From a bacterium (GTDB taxonomy: Bacteria; Patescibacteriota; Saccharimonadia; Saccharimonadales; UBA4665): a stretch of 64,000 bases of DNA. The notes under the pieces were generated by a model. The model made no database searches. It had not been told where the DNA came from and saw nothing but the letters and a program-made list of their open reading frames with translations. The translations under genes were made by a program, and so were the position numbers. Below are positions 1-6,971 of the stretch, piece by piece; within the stretch, counting starts at the first letter, position 1, and the number at the start of each line of letters is the position of its first letter. The stretch spans positions 7,062-71,061 of the forward strand of contig JAJZAD010000004.1 in assembly GCA_021799575.1 (NCBI GenBank), written 5' to 3'.

Positions 1-4
1 CACA

Positions 5-1234
5 ATGCATGAAACACAAAATCAATGCTTCGTAGGTTTAGATATAGGTACCAGTTATGTCCGTTGCGTAGTGGGTATGATTGAACCCGGTACGTCGGGT
101 CATCTATCCATTATCGGACATGGGTCAGCCAAAAACAGCGGTATGCGTAAAGGTACGGTGGTACATATTGACGATGTTGCCAATGCAATCATTCAAGCGG
201 TTACCGAGACTGAGCGTATCAGCGGTCAACGGATCCGCAAAGCTACCGTGAACGTTAACGGTTCCCATATGCTGGGTTTTAATTCCAGGGGCGTGATAGC
301 CATAAGTGCAGCTAACCGGGAAATAACGGATGAGGACAGAATACGAGTGGAAGAAGCGGCGACGGTCGTATCATTGCCGGCCAATAGGGAAATTGTCCAG
401 TTTTTTGCTAAAAGCTATTCTTTGGACGGCCAGACTAATATTAAGGATCCGGTAGGAATGCACGGTATTCGTTTGGAAGTAGATGCCCACATTGTGACCG
501 CTGCCAGTCCGAACTTACGTAATCTGGCTCAGGCTTTGGAGAAGGCGGAAATTTCCCCGTCTAATTACACTGTTTCATCTTTAGCATCAGCCGAAGCGGT
601 TTTAACAAGGCAACAAAAAGAGGCAGGGACATTAATTATGGATATCGGGTCGGGTACGACTAATCTAATTGTTGTTGAAGACGGAGAAATTCAACATGTT
701 GCGGTGATACCGGTAGGAGGAACTAATCTGACAAATGATCTGGCCATCGGCCTTAAGACGGATTTGGACGTGGCGGAAAAGGTTAAATTGGAGCATGCTT
801 CATTAATCGATGACGGCACTAAATCAACCATAAGTGTAAGGTTAAATAAACAAACATATCCTTTCGATTTTAGTGATGTTTTTCTGATCACGGAAGCGCG
901 TATTGAAGAATTACTGGAACTGGTAGATAAAGAACTGACCAAAATCAAACGTTCACGCAAGCTACCGGGAGGAGTGGTACTAACCGGCGGCAGTGCCAGG
1001 TTACCAGGACTGGCCGAATTTACCAGAGACAAACTGCAATTACCGGCTCGAACCGGTAAGATTCAGAATGTCGGAGGCCTTGTCGACACGGTTGAGAGTC
1101 CTGAGTATTGTACAGTTGTCGGTTTGATGATATTGGATATGTTGTTACTACCAAGCACACAATTGCCGCAATCGGGTCTAAATCAGACCTTAAATATGGT
1201 AGACCGTCTTTTCAAACGCTTTAAGAAGACTTAA
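5..1234 (+). CDS. ftsA: Cell division protein FtsA (actin-fold ATPase)
   Basis: 409-aa ORF with actin/Hsp70-fold motifs FVGLDIGTSYVRCVVG, IMDIGSGTTNLIV and VVLTGGSARLPGL. It lies directly upstream of ftsZ. The start sits at the window edge, so the upstream context is unseen. Confidence 0.9.
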   Translation: MHETQNQCFVGLDIGTSYVRCVVGMIEPGTSGHLSIIGHGSAKNSGMRKGTVVHIDDVANAIIQAVTETERISGQRIRKATVNVNGSHMLGFNSRGVIAISAANREITDEDRIRVEEAATVVSLPANREIVQFFAKSYSLDGQTNIKDPVGMHGIRLEVDAHIVTAASPNLRNLAQALEKAEISPSNYTVSSLASAEAVLTRQQKEAGTLIMDIGSGTTNLIVVEDGEIQHVAVIPVGGTNLTNDLAIGLKTDLDVAEKVKLEHASLIDDGTKSTISVRLNKQTYPFDFSDVFLITEARIEELLELVDKELTKIKRSRKLPGGVVLTGGSARLPGLAEFTRDKLQLPARTGKIQNVGGLVDTVESPEYCTVVGLMILDMLLLPSTQLPQSGLNQTLNMVDRLFKRFKKT

Positions 1235-1346
1235 ATTATTGAAAAAGAATAAAAAATAGTTGGTCTTTAATGCTGGTCACACAGCACATGAATAACTATT
1301 TATAACCCTAAACAGGGTAAATGGATTTGGATGTACACAATTTTTG

Positions 1347-1374
1347 TTGACCTGAGTATTAAGCAGGGTATACT
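1347..1374 (+). promoter_or_regulatory. Candidate sigma-70-type promoter for ftsZ (TTGACC, 16 bp spacer, TATACT)
   Basis: TTGACC at 1347-1352 and TATACT at 1369-1374 in the 177-bp ftsA-ftsZ spacer. The SD AAGGAGAG lies just before the ftsZ ATG. Confidence 0.4.
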
Positions 1375-1411
1375 TGAATTTAGAAATTAAAAGCTTAAGG
1401 AGAGACTGTTA

Positions 1412-2725
1412 ATGGCACAGGTTGTCGAACCTGAAATTGAAACATTCGCGCAAATCAAAGTAGTCGGGGTTGGCGGTGCAGGCGGTGCCGCGATCAACAG
1501 AATGGTCGAGGCCGGGGTAGAAAATGTTGAGTTTATAGCCATTAACACCGACGCTCAGGCGCTGCATCATTCCAAAGCGAATAAAAAAGTCCATATCGGT
1601 AAGGATACCACCAGAGGCTTGGGTGCCGGAGCAGATCCCAAAGTGGGTGAAAAAGCCGCCGAAGAATCCATCGATGATATTAAAAAGGCTCTAGAGGGAG
1701 CGGATATGGTTTTTGTCACCATAGGTGCCGGTGGCGGAACCGGTAGTGGAGCGGGTCACGTGGTAGCCAAATTAGCTAAAGAGAACGGTTCTTTAGTAGT
1801 GGGATTTGCCACCAAACCGTTTGCCTTCGAAGGAGATAAAAGACGACGCAATGCCGAGGAAGCCATTGAAAAACTGCGTCAGGCCGTAGATACGGTAATT
1901 ATTGTTCCGAACGACCGTTTACTGCAAACAATCGATCGTCAGACACCTCTGGTTGAAGCTTTTAAGGTAGCCGACGATGTTCTACGGCAAGGTGTTCAGG
2001 GCATATCTGATTTAATTACGGTTCACGGTTTAATCAATCTGGATTTTGCCGATGTTAAGGCGGTAATGAGCAATGCCGGAACGGCCTTAATGGGTATAGG
2101 TCGGGCAAGCGGCGACGAAAGGGCGATCAAGGCGGCTAAACAGGCTATCGAATCTCCGTTGCTTGAGGTATCGATCGACGGAGCTAGAGGTATTTTATTT
2201 AACGTTATAGGTGGAAACGACCTGGCAATGCACGAAATCAATTCTGCGGCTGAGGCAATCACCTCTGCCGCTGATCCTGACGCTAATATTATTTTCGGAG
2301 CTACCATTAACCCTGAAATTGCCGGCGAACTGATTATTACGGTTGTAGCCACCGGATTTGATGCAAGTTATTTTGCCCAACGTCCTCGGCCTGAAGCCGT
2401 GGGGTTAAAAGAGGGTAAAGGACTATTGGCGCCGGCGGATGAAGAAACTGCCATGAGTGAAATCGATACCGATCTTGATGACAATACGGAAAGTGATTTC
2501 GTTAGCGAATCACCTATGCCGAATATCTGGACAATTGACGAAGACAATGAAGAATCCGCTGAAAATCATAAACAGACCGCCCAAGAAGACGATAATCACA
2601 ACCACGGTGAAGCGGTAGTGAGCAGCAAGCTAGAAGAAGATCTTGAAAAACCTTCATTCTTACGCTTGCGCCGCAAGAATCGCAAGCACAAAACAGAGAA
2701 CAACGGCGAAGAGAAAAAAGATTAA
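1412..2725 (+). CDS. ftsZ: Cell division GTPase FtsZ
   Basis: 437 aa with [15 protein letters not shown] and the tubulin signature [11 protein letters not shown]. It has a long acidic linker and a conserved C-terminal peptide [13 protein letters not shown] followed by a basic tail. Confidence 0.97.
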   Translation: MAQVVEPEIETFAQIKVVGVGGAGGAAINRMVEAGVENVEFIAINTDAQALHHSKANKKVHIGKDTTRGLGAGADPKVGEKAAEESIDDIKKALEGADMVFVTIGAGGGTGSGAGHVVAKLAKENGSLVVGFATKPFAFEGDKRRRNAEEAIEKLRQAVDTVIIVPNDRLLQTIDRQTPLVEAFKVADDVLRQGVQGISDLITVHGLINLDFADVKAVMSNAGTALMGIGRASGDERAIKAAKQAIESPLLEVSIDGARGILFNVIGGNDLAMHEINSAAEAITSAADPDANIIFGATINPEIAGELIITVVATGFDASYFAQRPRPEAVGLKEGKGLLAPADEETAMSEIDTDLDDNTESDFVSESPMPNIWTIDEDNEESAENHKQTAQEDDNHNHGEAVVSSKLEEDLEKPSFLRLRRKNRKHKTENNGEEKKD

Positions 2726-2759
2726 ATCGTAAATTATACAGCGTTTATGCTATTGCAAA

Positions 2760-2808
2760 GCGCTATAGATAGAGCTATATTGAAGGTATCAAGCGCTATA
2801 TATAGGAA
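2760..2808 (+). promoter_or_regulatory. Candidate tandem NrdR boxes upstream of nrdR-nrdJ
   Basis: GCGCTATAGATAGAGC (2760-2775, 12/16 self-complementary) and GCGCTATATATAGGAA (2793-2808). The second has the core CTATATATAG, which matches the C-w-A-t-A-T-a-T-w-G core of the published NrdR-box palindrome. The centres are 33 bp apart, and a third GCGCTA occurs at 2822-2827. Confidence 0.45.
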
Positions 2809-2946
2809 TTAAATGATACATGCGCTAGCGTTCATTTAAAAACAAACAGTTCAAAAACAACCAGAAGCCTTGATTTAACAGATAAAGAACATATTTTGTA
2901 ATCATCGGCTTTATCGGTTAAAGGCTATAATGGAGGTTAACGACAG

Positions 2947-3426
2947 ATGCAGTGCAGTAAATGCCATAGCGAAGATATACGGGTTATCGAATCGCGAGAT
3001 TCCGCCGATCGACAAGCAATCAGGCGTCGGAGAATGTGCAATAGTTGCGGCTATCGATTTACGACCTATGAGCGTATTGAACGACCACAGTTAATAGTTA
3101 TTAAACACGACGGCACAAGACAGATGTTTAACCGGGAAAAATTATTGACCGGACTGTATAAAGCTTGCGAGAAGACTCCAGTCACTAGCGTACAGCTAGA
3201 GCAAATGGTAAGCGATATTGAAGATGCTCTATATGCCTGTGGCGACCAAGAAGTCAGTTCGGCTATGATAGGCGATATGGTAATGCAGCGACTAAGTTTG
3301 CTTAACGAGGTGGCTTATGTGCGTTTTGCGAGCGTATACCGTCGATTCAAAGATATCGCCGGCTTCGAAAAAGAACTAAGCCATATTCGCGAGCAAAACC
3401 GGTTGCAGAAAACCGCACACATCTAA
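2947..3426 (+). CDS. nrdR: Transcriptional repressor NrdR (zinc ribbon + ATP-cone)
   Basis: 159 aa with an N-terminal CSKCHS...CNSCGYRF zinc ribbon followed by an ATP-cone-like segment. It is adjacent to a ribonucleotide reductase gene. Confidence 0.92.
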   Translation: MQCSKCHSEDIRVIESRDSADRQAIRRRRMCNSCGYRFTTYERIERPQLIVIKHDGTRQMFNREKLLTGLYKACEKTPVTSVQLEQMVSDIEDALYACGDQEVSSAMIGDMVMQRLSLLNEVAYVRFASVYRRFKDIAGFEKELSHIREQNRLQKTAHI

Positions 3427-3663
3427 AATTAAAATAAATACTTTGGATTGAATGTTCTCTTTGGCTTAACAATGAAGCATATTTTTGCAAGTCAAAGAGA
3501 GCTTTCAAAAGGCGCAATTTGACGCTTTTTGACAACTCCAATAAACACATTAAAATATTAAAAAAATTAAAAGTTTTCGGACTTTAGCTAAAAAATAAAA
3601 GCTTAATTTTTGGAGTAGCTTTTAGAAAAGTTCAATACTTTAAAGAAAAGGAAGGGTACAACA

Positions 3664-6432
3664 ATGGGACAAGCAACCGACCTAGGGGTGGGGCGGATAT
3701 TCACCCCAGCGAAAAGTAAGGCATACGATCAGTTAGAATGGGAGACTCGCCATTCGTTGCTTACTAATCAACAGACCAATGAGGTCGTATTCGAACAGGA
3801 CAATATAGAGTTTCCAAAAGGCTGGTCTCAGAATGCCATTAACATCGTTGCACAAAAATATTTCAGTGGCACTCCCGGTACCAAGGGCAGGGAATATTCT
3901 CTGAAACAACTGATAGATCGTGTAGTTGATACGATTGTCCGTCAAGGTGTAAATGAGGGCTATTTTGATTCTGAAACCGCGACCGAAGATTTTCGCGAAG
4001 AGCTAAAGTACATATTGGCAACCCAGAGGGCGGCATTTAATTCACCGGTTTGGTTTAACATAGGAGTAGAAGGCCGTACTCAACAGGCTAGTGCCTGTTT
4101 TATTCTAGGTATTGAAGACACTATGCCTTCAATCCTCAACTGGTATGTCGAAGAGGGCATGATCTTTAAAGGCGGATCAGGTTCAGGCATTAACCTCAGT
4201 CCTTTAAGGTCAAGTATCGAACCCCTAGGCAAAAGTGCCGGTACGGCAAGCGGTCCCTTAAGTTTTATGCGCGGCGCGGATGCCAGTGCAGGTGCCATTA
4301 AAAGCGGCGGTAAAACCAGACGAGCGGCCAAAATGGTCATCTTGAATGTTGATCATCCTGATATCTACGACTTCATATGGTGCAAGGCTATAGAAGAACG
4401 CAAAGCACGTGATCTGCAAAATCTAGGTTGGGATATGAGTTTGGACGGAAAAGATAGTTTCTCGGTCCAGTATCAAAACGCCAATCTATCGGTGCGCGTA
4501 ACCGATGAGTTTATGGAAGCAGTAGAGAACGACGAGGATTGGAATTTACGCGCGGTAACCACCGGTAAAACCTTGCGTACCGTTAAAGCTCGCGATCTTT
4601 TCCACCAGTTAGCGGAAGCCGCATGGGAATGCGCCGATCCCGGCATGCAATTCGATACGGTTATTAACCATTGGCACACTACACCTAAAGCTGGTCGGAT
4701 TAACGGTTCTAATCCGTGTAGTGAATATATGCATTTGGACAATTCAGCATGTAATTTAGCCAGTATTAACCTGCTTAAGTTTTTAAAAGAAGACGGTACA
4801 TTCATGATCGATGAATTCAAGCATGTGGTCGAAATAGTCTTTACCGCTCAGGAGATATTGGTGGGATATAGTTCCTACCCGACAGAAAAAATTGCTAAGA
4901 ATGCCCGGGCTTACAGAGAATTAGGTATCGGTTATGCCAATCTGGGTGCCCTGTTAATGGCTCAAGGCTTACCTTACGATAGCGAAGAAGGAAGAGCACA
5001 GGCTGCGGCAATAACTGCCCTAATGACCGGTCATTCTTATGTGACTTCGGCTAAAATGGCTGCCAAGGTCGGCCCGTTTGCCGGTTTTAACAAAGATCGC
5101 GAAAGTATGATACGAGTCCTCAAGCAGCACCGGGCGGAAGTTTCTAAGATCAATGCCAGTTTAGTTAGCGAAGACTTGCTAAGTGCGGCCACGAATGCCT
5201 GGGATGAGGCTGTAGAGCTAGGTGAACGTTATGGGGTACGTAATTCCCAGGCTAGCTTGTTGGCACCGACAGGGACTATTGGTTTGATGATGGACTGTGA
5301 CACAACCGGAATCGAACCGGATCTGGGACTGGTTAAGGTTAAAAAATTGGTTGGTGGCGGATATATGAGCATTGTCAACCAAACTGTTCCCAGGGCCCTA
5401 AAAGCCCTCGGATACAGAAAGACTCAGATTGCCGATATCGTTAACTATATTGATTCGGAAAAGACGATTGTCGGAGCGCCTCACCTTAAACCGGAACATT
5501 TACCTGTATTCGCTTGCTCTATGGGGGATAACTCCATCCACTATCTTGGACACGTAAAGATGATGGGGGCAGTTCAGCCATTTCTTTCCGGAGCAATCTC
5601 TAAAACGGTCAATATGCCAGAAGACGTAACTGTCGAGGACGTCGAGCAGTTGCATTTGGATGCTTGGAGGATGGGTCTTAAGGCGGTCGCTATTTACAGG
5701 GACAACTGTAAAGTGGCTCAACCTCTTTCCATGGCCAAACGAGAAGACGCTAGCGCTACTACTGATAACCAGGCTAAGGAAGGTGGCAAAATAATAATTA
5801 CCGGACCGGCACGTCGCAAGTTACCTAAAATCAGGAACAGCCGTACCTATAAATTCCAAGTTTCCGACCTAGACGGTTACTTTACGGTTGGAGAGTACGA
5901 GGATGGCAAACCGGGAGAACTGTTTATTAATGTCAGTAAACAAGGCAGTACCTTACGCGGGCTTATGGATTCGTTTGCCATTTCAGTCAGTCTGGGTTTG
6001 CAATACGGTGTTCCGTTAAAGCATTATGTGAGAATTTTGCGCGGTACTACGTTTGCACCCTCCGGCATAACTGACGATAAACAAATCACCACAGCAAGTT
6101 CGATTACCGACTATATCTTAAGACGTTTAGCCTTAGACTACCTAAGTTTTGAAGATAGACTGGAACTGGGTTTGGCGGATATTACGGAATTGAAAACCTC
6201 AGACCAGCAAACTTCGTTGATCGGCGAATCGACGGTTCAAAATGAAGAAAAAGCAGTCGCTGAAACCGAGCCTAACATAGATACGACAATAACCGTAAAA
6301 GAAGACATTTCCATTAAGCAAGTCGTTACCGATCCAACAGCACCCCTATGCTATAACTGCGGTAATCAAACTCAGCGATCAGGTAGTTGTTACGTCTGTA
6401 CAGCTTGCGGTAGTACTACAGGTTGTAGCTAG
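3664..6432 (+). CDS. nrdJ: Class II (adenosylcobalamin-dependent) ribonucleotide reductase
   Basis: 922-aa single-chain RNR with the active-site stretch GSNPCSEYMHLDNSACNLASINL. There is no separate beta-subunit gene. The C-terminal tail is Cys-rich: CYNCGNQTQRSGSCYVCTACGSTTGCS (6349-6432). Confidence 0.9.
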   Translation: MGQATDLGVGRIFTPAKSKAYDQLEWETRHSLLTNQQTNEVVFEQDNIEFPKGWSQNAINIVAQKYFSGTPGTKGREYSLKQLIDRVVDTIVRQGVNEGYFDSETATEDFREELKYILATQRAAFNSPVWFNIGVEGRTQQASACFILGIEDTMPSILNWYVEEGMIFKGGSGSGINLSPLRSSIEPLGKSAGTASGPLSFMRGADASAGAIKSGGKTRRAAKMVILNVDHPDIYDFIWCKAIEERKARDLQNLGWDMSLDGKDSFSVQYQNANLSVRVTDEFMEAVENDEDWNLRAVTTGKTLRTVKARDLFHQLAEAAWECADPGMQFDTVINHWHTTPKAGRINGSNPCSEYMHLDNSACNLASINLLKFLKEDGTFMIDEFKHVVEIVFTAQEILVGYSSYPTEKIAKNARAYRELGIGYANLGALLMAQGLPYDSEEGRAQAAAITALMTGHSYVTSAKMAAKVGPFAGFNKDRESMIRVLKQHRAEVSKINASLVSEDLLSAATNAWDEAVELGERYGVRNSQASLLAPTGTIGLMMDCDTTGIEPDLGLVKVKKLVGGGYMSIVNQTVPRALKALGYRKTQIADIVNYIDSEKTIVGAPHLKPEHLPVFACSMGDNSIHYLGHVKMMGAVQPFLSGAISKTVNMPEDVTVEDVEQLHLDAWRMGLKAVAIYRDNCKVAQPLSMAKREDASATTDNQAKEGGKIIITGPARRKLPKIRNSRTYKFQVSDLDGYFTVGEYEDGKPGELFINVSKQGSTLRGLMDSFAISVSLGLQYGVPLKHYVRILRGTTFAPSGITDDKQITTASSITDYILRRLALDYLSFEDRLELGLADITELKTSDQQTSLIGESTVQNEEKAVAETEPNIDTTITVKEDISIKQVVTDPTAPLCYNCGNQTQRSGSCYVCTACGSTTGCS

Positions 6433-6454
6433 ATTGGTGTAAACTAAAAGCACA

Positions 6455-6730
6455 ATGAAAGTGCTAGTGCTTTATAGACCTAGATCTGAACATAGGCAGG
6501 CGGTTGAAGAATTCATCAGACGCTATAATGAATCATATACTGATTCATCGCTAGAAGTACTGGACGTCGATCAAAGAGACGGATCTGCTACTGCCAGCCT
6601 ATACGACATTTTACAATACCCCGGGTTTTTAATACTGCGCGATGACGGAAGCGTTCTTCAAAGCTGGCAAGGCCCAGATAATATACCAAAAATCGAAGAT
6701 GTCCACTACTATGTTACTTCCAGTATTTAA
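6455..6730 (+). CDS. Hypothetical small protein (possibly thioredoxin-fold-like, no Cys)
   Basis: 91-aa ORF starting 22 nt after nrdJ. Its size and beta-alpha-beta-like pattern (KVLVLYRP...AVEEFIRRY...LEVLDVD...YPGFLILRDDGSV) resemble a Trx/Grx fold, but there is no CxxC. No family was recognised with certainty. Confidence 0.5.
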   Translation: MKVLVLYRPRSEHRQAVEEFIRRYNESYTDSSLEVLDVDQRDGSATASLYDILQYPGFLILRDDGSVLQSWQGPDNIPKIEDVHYYVTSSI

Positions 6731-6736
6731 TTAAAA

Positions 6737-6957
6737 TGTTACAATAGTTGATGACAAATCCGTTTGTAGCAGTTATCACCTGCGATGGATCGGGAAGAAA
6801 TACGTCTTCATGAAAGCGTAGATTAGAACCCGCCGGCTATAAGGGACCGTTATTCCCGAAAAGTAATTAAGTGCTTTTAAGGCCAAGCCTCAAAAGAAGT
6901 CGGATGGTACCGTCCCTGAAACTCTGGGATTCCGATAAGTTTTGAGGCTTATTTTTA
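6737..6957 (+). promoter_or_regulatory. T-box leader (Ile specifier) with extended -10 promoter and terminator-like helix, controlling ileS
   Basis: Extended -10 TGtTACAAT at 6737-6745. Hairpin GCAG-uuAUCAc-CUGC at 6769-6783. F-box-like CCGUUA at 6847-6852. T-box core CGGA-UGGUACC-GUCCC-N9-GGGAU-UCCG at 6901-6934. An 11-bp helix (6885-6895 with 6940-6950) is followed by AUUUUUAUU. Confidence 0.75.
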
Positions 6958-6971
6958 TTAAGGGGTTAAAA

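Noticed and set aside
3427-3663. Cobalamin riboswitch or NrdR boxes in the 237-bp nrdR-nrdJ spacer
   Set aside because: The spacer is very AT-rich, with no B12-box-like or GC-rich paired elements. The only NrdR-like element is a half-site-like ACACATTAAAATATT.
6942-6971. TTG-initiated N-terminal extension of the ileS ORF (MRLIFIKGLK...)
   Set aside because: The extra 10 codons lie inside the T-box terminator-like helix and U-tract. A good SD (AGGGG, 6961-6965) precedes ATG 6972, and the conserved IleRS sequence starts after that ATG.
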